Assembly: GCF_001194135.2 (NCBI RefSeq)
Contig: NC_068982.1
Coordinates: 24,489,783 to 24,553,782, forward strand
Direction of reading: 5' to 3'
DNA length: 64,000 nt
DNA from: Octopus bimaculoides
Lineage: Eukaryota
A program made the position numbers and the translations under genes. Position 1 is the stretch's first letter; the number at the start of each line of letters is the position of its first letter. The notes beneath the pieces are model-generated. The model worked only from the letters and a program-made list of their open reading frames with translations, was not told where the DNA came from and searched no databases. Below are positions 26,454-38,922 of this stretch, piece after piece.

Positions 26454-26624
26454 TTGAAAACTTCTTAAGGCAATTGGAAATGCTATGCAAGATTGATGTC
26501 TCGCAAAAAAGCAGCGCACATCTTAAGTACGGTATTATATGTCAGAGGTCCTTGTTGTGACTTGACAGATGACTAAAGTCTCCGGTGCATTTTTTTACCG
26601 GTGCATTTTTACCTACAATGTGTT

Positions 26625-26942
<318 letters not shown>

Positions 26943-26949
26943 TAATAAT

Positions 26950-28472
26950 GACACCAAAAATTAACTTTTTGCGAGACAAATCACTGATCTTGATCAAGAA
27001 CATGGATCACTTTACACCAATGAAGTACAGACAACAGACTCAACACCACAGTAAACTACCACACATGTACGGTCTCCCTAAGACTCACAAGGACGCTGTT
27101 CCATTAAGACCTATAGTGAGCTGTAGGGGTTCAGCATGTCATCTACTGAGCCGCTTCTTTGTGGATATAATCAGTCCATTAGCAGGAAATTCAACATCGT
27201 ACGTGAAGAATTCCTCCCACTTACACAGAATTGATCAAGGATACTCCCATTGAATCCAACCAGATGGTGAGTCTAGAAATGATAAGCCTGTTCACCAAAG
27301 TCGCAACTGGTGAAGCACTATCGGTGATACAAGAAAAAACTAGTGACAGACAGCCATCTAAAAGAACGCACTAGTATACCAATAGGAAACTTGATGGAAA
27401 TGTTGACCATCTGTGTAGAAACTACCTACTTCCGTATGGACACTGATATATATCGACAAGAGGAGGAGTTAACTATGGGTTCGCCATTATCACCGGTAAT
27501 AGCCAATATAAATATATGGAATAATTTGAGAATTTGGCTTTAGTATCAACACCACTAAAACCAACACTATGGCTACGATATGTTGATGACGCCTTTATGC
27601 TCCGGCCCTAATAGGAAGATGTCCAAGTGCTGTTAGATCATATGAAATCAATAAAGCTGGCATTCCGGGACGTATTAATAACACGCACCAAGTATGGATT
27701 CAGGACATCCGTATACCGCAAGCCGACCTTTACTGTACGATACCTCAACTTCAATTCCCACTATCCATAAGTAGCAATCGTGATACACACCACGAAAAAA
27801 TGATCAAGCTCAATAATGATCTGTTAAGCAACAACTACCCCAAAAGTATACTATCCACTCCGATTATGAAAGAGAGAGAGGATGAGGCCAGTAAACTGTC
27901 CACAGTCTGTCTACCCTATGTGAAAGGTCTCTCCGAAAAGATACAAAAGATATGCGGCCCATATGACATCAGGAGAGTATTCAAGTGTAATACAACACTT
28001 CGCAAATATCTCCTTCGAGTAAAACCACCAATAAAACAGAATATGACGAAAGACTGCGTGTACTCCATCCCATGCAGGTTATACAAGGCGAAACATTCCG
28101 TCTCCGCAAAATAAGGGTAGACGAACACCGCAATGATGTGACGCGAGGAGATATTCATAAATGGGTTATAGCTGATCAAGTATGGAAAAATGGAGATCAC
28201 CTCCCCCTGTGGGATGAAGTTAAGAATAATAGACAGGAAATACCACTGGAAGATACGAAAACTAAAAGATGCAGCACATATGCTAGGACACAACAACCTC
28301 TTATGTAGACCGAGTGCAGATATGAGCAGCATATAGGAACCAGTATTAAGGACGGATAGAACAATATTAGATTTATAAGCCCTAAAATTCACTCTATAAT
28401 TACCCACAAGCATATGGCGTAGTGGTTAAGAACGAGGGCTACTACCCCCAAGATTCCGAGTTCGATTCCAGG
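26950..28472 (+). mobile_element. Penelope-like element family 1 (RT + GIY-YIG), 5'-truncated, defective
   Basis: LPHMYGLPKTHK..PLRPIVS; YVKNS; MGSPLSPVIANI (27475); WLRYVDD (YVDD 27579-27590); YRKPT; VCLPYVKGLSEKI; VYSIPC and GET..R.DEH; 3' UTR ends in a tRNA-like segment. Confidence 0.93.
28410..28472 (+). promoter_or_regulatory. tRNA-derived Pol III type-2 promoter module inside the PLE 3' UTR
   Basis: A-box TGGCGTAGTGG (28415-28425) and B-box GAGTTCGATTCC (28458-28469). A homolog lies at 36972-37035 (-). No complete acceptor stem, so not a tRNA gene. Confidence 0.7.
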
Positions 28473-28729
28473 CACTTTCACTCTGTTTTCGGAGTTGGGT
28501 CTTTCTTTTCTCTGCTGTAGCTACCATCACTTATAGGACTTGTCAGCTTTTCAGAGTAGTCACACTTGTCTATCACTACTGGGATTGTCACTCTGTAGTC
28601 TTTTAATAGCGAACTTTTCTTCCTTAACGATGTGTGATTTAGGAGGTTGATATTGTTCAGGTCACTGCTTGGAATCGAGCTCGGAGATGAACTAAGGTGG
28701 AAAGTGAGACAGGTACTAGAAAAAGCAAA

Positions 28730-29370
28730 ACCTCACGTATTTTGAGAAGTGAAGTGAAGCAGATTCAGAATATTTTTTGCGAATATGCACTTTCAAGTAT
28801 TTTTCAAAATTGCAGACGTTTGAAGCAACATGTTCGGCAAGCTGTGTCGAACTATTGTTATTGTACCTGACGTCGTATCTGTGCCCATTAAATATTTTGT
28901 TTAATTGTTCTGTTGTACAACTGGCATAAATGAATTTGTGTTTCGTGCATTCTACCGTGTACAACAAATGGGAATCTCTACATGTTCAACCTTCTGTATA
29001 AATCATAACATTTATGTTATGATTCCTGATGGAATTCACTTGACTCTTGTTGCACAATGAAAATTGCTTATCTTTCTTGCGGCTGTTTTTCAAGATGCAG
29101 CATGCAAATAATCCAATGTTTGTTTTCTTGGAGTTAGAAATAGAGGTCAATAATTCTCTCATATATTTATTGCGTCTAAAGTCTACGATAAACAGTTAAG
29201 GAAACATCTGTTGGAAACGAGGATATTTTTTTCGCCGCATGCTGGTAGCTTTCATGCACCACTTTTGAAATGCCAGCGAAATTTCGGTGCCAGTTAATTA
29301 CTGAATGAATTCTGTCATCTATTGTACTATCTTTGCTAATCTTTTCTATTTCATACGCTGCTATTTCCTA
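28730..29370 (-). mobile_element. Penelope-like element family 3 (RT C-terminus, Cys linker, GIY-YIG; Neptune-like), degenerate
   Basis: MFP*LFIVDFRRNK..RELL; GLFAC...SLC; TC..SHLLYTVECTKHKFIYASCTTEQLNKIFNGHRYD; LAEH; LKVHI. Confidence 0.75.
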
Positions 29371-29379
29371 CAATCCTGA

Positions 29380-29520
29380 ATCACGAAATGTTATGATCAA
29401 TAAGGAAGGTGGGACATGTAAAGATTTCCATTTGGTGTACGCGGCAGAATACACGAAACACAACTTGAATTATGCTGGTTGTGCAAGCGAACAATTAAAC
29501 AAATAATTTAATGGGCATAA
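29380..29520 (+). repeat. Inverted diverged duplicate of the GIY-YIG-coding segment 28880-29030
   Basis: aaatgttatgat...gaaggt..acatgta.agatt.ccatttg.tgtac.cgg.agaat.cacgaaacaca...gaacaattaaacaaa...tttaatgggca is present in both orientations. Confidence 0.85.
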
Positions 29521-29699
29521 TAATTTAATGCGAATAAGACCATTAAAAACTGTTATATGGTTAAAAGTGATAACAGCGTCCCTAGAACATCGTCCTTCCC
29601 ACAAGGTTAGAAGATATGCATTTAGGCCTTAAGTGGAGGGGGTCGTGTCTGAAAAGTATATTAAAGTCTCCACCCAACGCTGTGAAAACTGGCGATATG

Positions 29700-30630
29700 T
29701 CTCCTAACTATTTAGCGATTAATGCACAAAGTTTATTTACTTTTAAATACCAAAATGTGTACAGAAAGTTGGTAACTGGAACGGTATGTGTTGCCACTTC
29801 TATTTCTCATCATTTTTATGGATGAGATTTGCAGCTTGGTTAGTAATGGTATCGAGAACGGCGACTGAAGAATCTGTCACCCAGTATTTGCAGACAACCT
29901 GGTACAACTCAGCCTATCAGAAGTATCCGAGATGTAGTTGATTGATTTGCCGCTGACGCTGCTCAGCAAAAATAAAAATCAGTGCCGTGATGACTGACAG
30001 ATTATTCCACTAACAGTGTCCTCTGCAGTCCACTCTATAAGTTAGTATAGTTCCACTGAGACCGGTGGATATATCCAGGTACCTCGGGGCGTATTCAGGA
30101 GGTATTTAAGGCAGGAAGCAGAATTATGGGCAAGAAATCCAGACACCGGTGCAGTAATGTGCCCAATTAAGCATCCAGTCATCAGAAAAAAGGAGGTGGG
30201 TCTAAAATGCATGCACGATCTCTTCAATGTGCCTACTCTTACATACGGTCATGAATCTTGGATAGTGATCGAAAGAAAACGTTCTAGAATACAAGCAGAG
30301 GACATAGGGTTCCTTCGAATGAGCATTGCAGTTACTGGATAATTTTCATAGCTCTGAGAACAGAGAGGTGCTTGAGGTAAACTATAACTGCTTCGAATTG
30401 GGATCACGGCTCCGACACTACAGATATCTGTTAAGAATGTCACGGGAAGAATCACGTTACACGTCTTAGGCGCAAAGCCAACAGGCAGGAGATCCAGGGT
30501 AGACCAAAATTAAGATAGTTGGATAATACTCTTGATCTCAGGTAGTCTCACGTCCAACCAGGTCAACTAGAGATGCTTGTTTCTAACAGGATCCGATGGA
30601 ATATTTTCTTGAAGGCTCTGCACTAAAACT
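29700..30630 (+). mobile_element. RTE-clade LINE, RT C-terminal half, degenerate
   Basis: LFLIIFMDEIC; FADNLV; RYLG; VPTLTYGHESWIV.ERKRSRIQA; AKPTGRRSRGRP. Confidence 0.8.
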
Positions 30631-30789
30631 CTCTCGAGAATGGTGGGCAAAGACAATGAGATATGATGAGATGAATTTCAGTAAATAACGAACAATACAT
30701 TAGTATATATAGCATTAGACATATTATTTTTAAAAATGTAGAATGGGCCTCGTCCCACTGCATAGAACCTTTCCCCAAATATATTCTTG

Positions 30790-30835
30790 ATTTGCCCCGG
30801 GCCGACCAGAGCCTTCTGAGTGGATTTCGTAGACG
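30790..30835 (+). mobile_element. SINE family B fragment
   Basis: ccgggccgaccagagccttctgagtggatttcgtagacg followed by (CA)n. Confidence 0.7.
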
Positions 30836-30852
30836 TATGTAAACATATATAT

Positions 30853-30919
<67 letters not shown>

Positions 30920-31110
30920 NNNNNNNNNNNNNNNNNNNNNNNNNNNNNNNNNNNNNNNNNNNNNNNNNNNNNNNNNNNNNNNNNNNNNNNNNNNNNNNNN
31001 NNNNNNNNNNNNNNNNNNNNNNNNNNNNNNNNNNNNNNNNNNNNNNNNNNNNNNNNNNNNNNNNNNNNNNNNNNNNNNNNNNNNNNNNNNNNNNNNNNNN
31101 NNNNNNNNNN

Positions 31111-31141
<31 letters not shown>

Positions 31142-31517
31142 TATATACATTGTCCTTACCTTCCAAACGCGGAGTAGATGAAACAGGGGACAACTGATGA
31201 AGGAGAATGTACTTTATGTTGCCTGTCTCGTTTCTCTGTTTGTTTGTTCTTTCATTGTTCGAAAAACGTTCGTTTTCTATGTTTTTGCTTTTATGTTTTC
31301 TCATTGTATCTACGTTTTTTTAATGTCCTGATCCCATACGTGCATGTATATATACATATATATGTAGGTATGTACATATATGTATGTATATATGCATATA
31401 TTTATATATTATTCATATTATTATGCATATATATATATGCGTATGTGTGTGCGCATGTGTTTGTGCATATATGTGTATGTGTGCATGTATACACACACAA
31501 AATACAAATACACACAC

Positions 31518-31615
31518 ACGGTCTTCTTTCAGTTTCCGCCTACCGGAACCGCTCGCAAGTGTTTGGTCGGCCTGATTCTGTAGTAAAAGACATAAACCTA
31601 AGATGCCACGCAGTA
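31518..31615 (-). mobile_element. SINE family B fragment
   Basis: cttctttcagtttccgcctacc...tttggtcggcc...aagatgccacgcagt. Confidence 0.75.
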
Positions 31616-33108
31616 GGAGAGAACTCTGTAGCGGACAAATCATACGTCACAATGTTTGCCATGCTAGCTATTTGCTACACACAGTCAGCTTGCCTGTGCG
31701 TATGTGTGTGTGTGTGTGCCTTTGAGAGTGCCTTTGTGAGTATGCATAGATATAAATGGATCTGCTCCATTTACAAAGCAAATCAATTTTAATTTATTTC
31801 TTATTGAAATTATACAGATTGAGATGAGTCAACTCATGAAATGGCTATTTAATTTGCACTTAATATCCTTTAAATCACATGACGTTTTAAAAGTGGTTGG
31901 ATTCGTAGACACGACTTTGTTTTTTATTTGGTAATTGTATCAGTGGTATTGTCCCTGAAACCCCTTAATCTCATTTCCTGGAACCAGCATTGTTCGTTCT
32001 GCAACACTCGTGGGTACACTGCATTCCTTCAAACGGATCTAATATAATTGTGAATGCACGTCTGAGTATATGTTATTGAACGATTACGTGTGTTTATGTT
32101 CAGCATTCGTTTGTGGATATCTCATATGTTTAAGTGTATTTGTAAGGCAGCTATTCTGTGAAGAGATATATTAATTTGCACATCAGCAATGACATTTATC
32201 TGAAAATTAATTACACAAGCAAACGTACACACTTTATTAAGAAGGGAAATTATAATAAATTTCTGAAGTCAGTATCAGTATTCTATTTTATTCATGGTAT
32301 TACAAGTCACAGAAGACGAAGTATTCACTGCGAAAAAATAATGTTGATCTCAACATACCTATCTGTCAGCGAGCCCCACAGAATTATTAGATTTATAAAT
32401 GTTTGACGGTTATCAACTTAGACAGGATACAAGGTCTGTTTAGCATATTCAACACACATGATGAGTCTAACAAAAGAGTGTGAAAGACAGAAGAGAACAG
32501 ATAAAATAAATGCCACGTTTGTAGCTTCTGAGGTCTGCTTATTACAGTTTTCATTATAAATTACACGGGATGAATCGGAATAAATATATAAAAATAATGT
32601 ACTATGAATAATTGTACAAAAAGAAATAAAAGAAATACTTAAAGATGTATTCTATTGAAAATTCTGTAGCATGTCTAACATGCTGAACTGGACACAAACA
32701 TTTCGATATATACAGGTCACTGCATTTGTCCGGTCGAGTAATCAAAGTATATATTTGTTATACGATGCCCTTTTATTAAAGCTACTAAACGTTCTGAGAG
32801 AAACGGAAAGAAAACAAAATGTGTTAATATTTTCACAAATTTATTCGTGTGTGTAGTTTGGTAAATGTTGCAAATAATATATCATCGTTGATATTACCAA
32901 AGGGATTGTATTAAAAATCTAGAAGGAAACTGATACAGAAATTAAATTGTATAGATATGTGGATCACATGTTGGAATTCATGTTTCAGAAGCTGTAAACT
33001 GCCTAATTGAAATAACATTATTTTTGTATTTCTATATATGTTGATCTATATGAATTTTTTTTTTATTGATAAGCAGTATACATACAATGTAGCACATGCA
33101 CATGAAAA

Positions 33109-33158
<50 letters not shown>

Positions 33159-36004
33159 AAAACACACGCATACATCTATAAACAGAGTTTTATCGAGTGT
33201 GGTCTAGTGTCTACATGTTTATATTTCCCCTCTCTCCATAAATACAAACATACACGTGCAACTGCATGCTTGTGTTATATATATATATATTATCTGTATT
33301 TGACGATGCAGAATATATTAAACTGTTTGCATTCTTTTGATAAATTCCCGTATAAATGTATTGCACATAAGTAATTTTCGTTTGATATTAGTCAAAGTAA
33401 AATAAGATGAATAAGTTGTATACAAATACTGGAGTAGTGGATATGTACTAATTTCTATGAAAGTAAACGTGTCATTTAACAATAAAAACCAGTGGTTGTT
33501 TCATCACATTCCAGATCAATAAGAAATAAGGCGACGTTATTTTTGTTTATTAGAAAAGGTAGTAGTATGTCGGTTATATTTTATGATACCACAATAAAAT
33601 ATCAATCGATTATCTCGCAAATTCTATGTTTTAATTTGAAATGAGGACTGAAGATCAATAAACGAACCACTATCAAACGATATTGTCGTGTGTTGGAGCA
33701 AAATCGCAAACACAAGAACCAACCAATTCCACCTCAAACTTTCTCTTCCCTTGCTGTCTAACATTTTCTTTCTTTCTGTCTCTCTTCCTCTGACACACTC
33801 ATACATACCTGCACATGATCATACAAAACTTTTCCCAAACACACACATAATTATATATATNNNNNNNNNNNNNNNNNNNNNNNNNNNNNNNNNNNNNNNN
33901 NNNNNNNNNNNNNNNNNNNNNNNNNNNNNNNNNNNNNNNNNNNNNNNNNNNNNNNNNNNNNNNNNNNNNNNNNNNNNNNNNNNNNNNNNNNNNNNNNNNN
34001 NTATATATATATATATATATATACATACATACATACATACATACATACATACATACACCTCCTCACACAAACATATGTATGTGTGAACGTGTATATTCAG
34101 AAATTCTAATAGACCAGCTTTACAAAATTATCTACGTATTATGAGTACGTATGTAGATTATGGTAACTTTCGGATAATCGTTTGAGATGAATATCATAAA
34201 TACTATCACTCGATTAAAAGACAAGGTCTCGTACCGTTATAGTCATAAAACTCTTTCTCCGCAATTTCTCTTGATATTTTTACAACGAATGGATTCGAGA
34301 CACGTCAAATATGGGCTTGCGCACTTATGTATTTTATTTGAAAATTTTGTGATTGTAAGTTTTATTCCACTTTGTTGAATCACAGCTAAAATAATATCAA
34401 CTACAACTCGATTGTACAAATGACAGATGACGGAAATTGTGTAAATTTCCATTAGATTAATGTTCCACCTCTTGGTGGTTAGAATTAATTTGTCAGTGTT
34501 TTAAATTAACTCGCATTATTGTAGATGCTCCGAAAAGCGTCGTGTGTGCTACACTTTCTGCTGTAACTAAATCTATTACAAAATTATTAACCAGTTTAGG
34601 AAAAAGTTATGTAAAAGATGGATAGGAAAATTAATGATGCTATATTACGTAATGTAACACCGAAATAGAATATACATAAACATCAAGATGGATATGCGAG
34701 ATAACCGTAAATACACCAGTATCATTGCTATACTAACAATTATTATTAATAATATATATTTCCCTCGTGTCTATTATCTATTTAAATTCACGATGAAAAT
34801 TCAGGTTACTTTTCTGTGTTTATATTTTTAAATTATGGATCTACTTTATATTATTGATAATTACTCTCCCCACGAATTTAAGAACGATAACGTATTTTTC
34901 TATTATATGCTTAACTGATGCGCAATAAAAATATGTGTATATAATTATGAGCGTTTAATTTGAGCAATATTCATCACCTAACGATAATGTTCACGTTGGT
35001 TGTTAAGAGCAGAACGATGTATGTAAAAACGATTATCAGTGTAATAAAATTTTCTTCATAGTCATGTAATGCAGTTTCAAAAAATTTAATGAAAAGGAAG
35101 ATAATCCCTATAAATTAAACTTAATTTTATAGATAATTGAAATATTTATCATTACTTGTGTGACATGTACAGCCTGTTGTCGCCCTCATTCAGTTTCACG
35201 AGCAAATCATAGCATTCACTTGCTTGCTGTGAGGAGTAAAATATATATTTCCAAATAATATAGCAGAAAAAGTAACTTGGCTGATTGTAATTTACTTGAG
35301 ATGAGTTGAGGAAAATAGCTGATGTCGCTAGGAATTTTCCAAGTATTTAAAGATTTATGAGAAAATTAGGTTTTTCTCTTGTCTAATTTGATCCGTTTTG
35401 ATCCATTGCGTGACCTGTGCGCGTGCGTACCTGGATATGTGTGATAGCATGTGTGCCTTAATATCCGTCGATGTTGAAATTATATATATACATAAACATA
35501 CATACGTACATACATATATANNNNNNNNNNNNNNNNNNNNNNNNNNNNNNNNNNNNNNNNNNNNNNNNNNNNNNNNNNNNNNNNNNNNNNNNNNNNNNNN
35601 NNNNNNNNNNNNNNNNNNNNNNNNNNNNNNNNNNNNNNNNNNNNNNNNNNNNNNNNNNNNNNNNNNNNNNNNNNNNNNNNNNNNNNNNNNNNNNNNNNNN
35701 NNNNNNNNNNNNNNNNNNNNNNNNNNNNNNNNNNNNNNNNNNNNNNNNNNNNNNNNNNNNNNNNNNNNNNNNNNNNNNNNNNNNNNNNNNNNNNNNNNNN
35801 NNNNNNNNNNNNNNNNNNNNNNNNNNNNNNNNNNNNNNNNNATATATATATATATATATATATACATATATATATACATACATACATATGTTTTTAAAAC
35901 TACACGTTAAGTACAGGGCTTCAACAACATGTGACAAATTGACGAATGCGTAAATATACGGACAGAATACCAAAAAATACACATTAAGTACAGGGTTTCA
36001 CCAA

Positions 36005-36145
36005 CGAGAGATCAGAGAGGGGCTATAAATGCTCCGAATTGATATCACATCTCTGATACTACAGATATGTGTTAAGAATATCATGAGAATGAATCACGTT
36101 ACCAGTTTAGGCGCAAAACCAACAGGCGGGAGATCAAAGGTAGAC
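36005..36145 (+). mobile_element. RTE-clade LINE 3' fragment
   Basis: ctacagatat.tgttaagaat...aatcacgtta...ttaggcgcaaa.ccaacaggc.ggagatc matches 30410-30500. Confidence 0.75.
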
Positions 36146-36154
36146 TCTGTACGG

Positions 36155-36639
36155 TTTTTTTATTATTGTCCACTATTCATCGCATCTTACAATACTGTCA
36201 AGAAATGGATCGGTTTGGTTACGGAGAAGAAGCGACGAACAAATTTCATAAATGCGCATTTTCTGATTTTCATCCAAATCGCCTGGTAACCATCCGTCAA
36301 ACTGTTTTGATTTTCCGATCGTATGCAAATGGTTGCAGGCATTTTCTGATTAACGTGAAGTACTTTTGCCAGTTCTCCTGTGGCTGTTGCGTGGCCCTTT
36401 CTCAATGACGGTCTTTAATTAAACGTCATCGATGATAGATGGGTGTCCACTACGCTCACGATCTTCAAGTCTCAGGTCTCCACTGCGGAATCGTTTAAAC
36501 TATTTACGAGCTGACCACTCACTGGCTATTTCCTCACCAAAACTTTTGCTGATATCGCGAGCAGCTTCAGCTAGTTTACGTCCTTTTTTTTAAAGTTGAA
36601 TAGTACAATTACTCGAATATCGCGCTTTGAAAGTTCCAT
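36155..36639 (-). pseudogene. mariner transposase N-terminal half (cecropia/Hsmar1-like), defective
   Basis: MELSKRDIRVIVLFNFKKGR..AEAARDI..FG; FKRFRSGD..LEDRERSGHPS; LDENQK.R..EICSSLLLRN..DPFLDSIV.CDE*W. Confidence 0.88.
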
Positions 36640-36740
36640 CTGAGATGATTGTAACAACGGTGAGAAAAATATCAATATCAATATATCCTAATGTTATAGG
36701 AAGGAATAATTTTATTTTATTTATATTGTGAAATGTTCAA

Positions 36741-37235
36741 GGAATAATTCACTAATACTATTCTACATTTTTGAGATGAGGAATTATGGATAGACGTCCT
36801 TACCTTGTTTGTTGTTACCACAACGTTTCGGTTGATGTACTCTCCAGCCTTCATCAGTTGTTCTGGTGAATTTCGAACCCAACTCATTATTCTGGGGTAC
36901 TCTGTTATCATTCCTGAGGAATTCATTTTTGCTGATTTGATTTTATCTGTTGATAATATTTCCCAAGTTCTTGCCTGACATTGAACTCATAATCCGAAGG
37001 TTAGTAGCCAGTGCTCTTACCCTCTACGCTATTTCCTCGTGACCGATTACAGAGTGAATTTTAGGGCTTATAGACTTTCTATTCTATGTTTTCTTAATAC
37101 CAGTTTCTATATTACATTCATATCTGTACTCTATCAGCTTGGGAGGTTATTGCGTCCTAGCTTCTTTTAATTTTAGTATTGCCCAGTGGTGTTCTCTGTC
37201 TACTATTATAACTTCGTCCCACAGTGTGAGAATTC
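36741..37235 (-). mobile_element. PLE family 1 3'-terminal fragment: ORF end, tRNA-like module, hammerhead motif, tail
   Basis: ctgtgggacgaagtt...gagaacaccactgg and ataagccctaaaattcactct match 28207-28396; the distal part matches 26625-26800. Confidence 0.88.
36817..36862 (-). ncRNA. Minimal type I hammerhead ribozyme-like motif (degenerate copy)
   Basis: CUGAUGA-A-GGCUG(gagagtacat)CAACC-GAAACGUU-gugg. The palindromic AACGUU stem III is intact; stem II has one mismatch and stem I is weak. Confidence 0.6.
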
Positions 37236-38889
37236 ATTGTTATATAAGAGTTATACAGCACAACAATGCGTATTTTATAAGTATATAAAATGGCAACAAG
37301 CTATGAACATTTGGTTGCGTTTATTCTGATGCATACATACATACAAACGCACATACGTATTGACACACACACATATACAGAAGACTTAGGAAATATTATA
37401 TGAGATAATACCAAACTTAAATGTTCTACACGCTCTTTTAATTGCATCCACACTTATATTAATATTCCTTCCTTTACACTCTCTTATTTTTACTCTAATT
37501 AGGTAACGAAGATAGGAGTCATTTTGAAATAAAAATACGTTTTTGCCCTTAATCGATGATTTAATGATGATGATGATAATGAGTAATTTTCTCAAAAGCC
37601 CCGATGACTGGCGTTGTTTATGAATATTACTACAATTAATAGTTAACTTGCTATAGAATACGGCAACACTTTATGAAATTGAAAATATCGCACTGCTAAC
37701 ACAAAGTAAGACATAATTTTGACTTGAAAGCTTGTAATATAGTAGTATAATGTTTTTATTTCTTCACATTTTAACTTGGCATTTGTTTTTATACAAATCG
37801 CGTGACTATATGTCTTCCACAGATAAGTAAAATGCGCTCACGCTGTAACGCATTTAATATTACAAACATAATGCTGTTCAATACAGCTATGTAAACACAT
37901 TCTTTCTAAACAGATGTTTTTTGCAGAAACACTTTGATGACGGCCACTTTGATAATTGATAATCGCTTGTTTAGATAAGATGTTTGTGGTTCTCTAACCA
38001 ATTGATCGGACAGGCCAGTTGCATCTAAAGCAAACTTAATTTGGGCTACAACAAAGGTACTGAGTTGAATTTACATATTTGTGCTTTTGAAGGGCAGTTA
38101 TTAATTATGAAATATCAATGCCAAAAACATTGCGTAAATCAGAAGATCTGGAATAAATTTAACAACTGAGTGGAGCAGTCAACAAACCGTGAAACGTTAC
38201 TTCAAAAATCATAACCCACCCTAATTTTCTGCTTAACTATAGAAGAGAAAAATGTATTTACATTGTTTAACCTAATTTCTATATTATTTAGTGAACATAA
38301 TAGATTGACGCTGCCTTGTCATACATGTGTGTGTGTGTGTGTGTGTGAGCGCATGTGTGTGTGTGTGTGTAGGTGTGCATATATATGCATATGAATGCGT
38401 GTGTATTTAAATTTATGTACACGGATACAGATTTGGCCAGCATGAGTGTATGTGTGTCTTAACTTCTTCACTCATGTATTGTATTGAGTAATACTTATGA
38501 AATTTATCAACATTGATTCAGCCAATTTCAGTAATAGTATTATGCGTTTCCACATACACACACATCATAGAAGTGCATTTACATAAATATATGTATGTGT
38601 GTGTATGTGTGTGTGCGCGTGCCTGTATGTGTGTGTGTATGTGTGTGTGCGCGTGCCTGTATGTGTGTTTTTATGTGTCAGATAATAGCTATAAGAGATG
38701 ATGAAGGGGACCAATAGAATAATATTGTCGATGTGTGCGTATATATACACACTCAAAACAGAATGGTAGTTAGGAAAAGTAGAAATGGATACTGATATAC
38801 GTAAATAATCCTGATGAAAATCGTTTTAAAAAACTGGCAAAATTCGTAAAATAAGTTTTTCCATGAATGGACGTCATTTTAACCTTTGT

Positions 38890-38922
<33 letters not shown>

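Noticed and set aside
28410-28472. tRNA gene
   Set aside because: A and B boxes are present but there is no complete acceptor stem, and it is embedded in a repeat; treated as a tRNA-derived module.
35901-36005. 28-bp direct repeat (tacac.ttaagtacaggg.ttca.caac) spaced 77 bp apart
   Set aside because: Real but only two copies and no associated structure; likely a local duplication at a TE junction.
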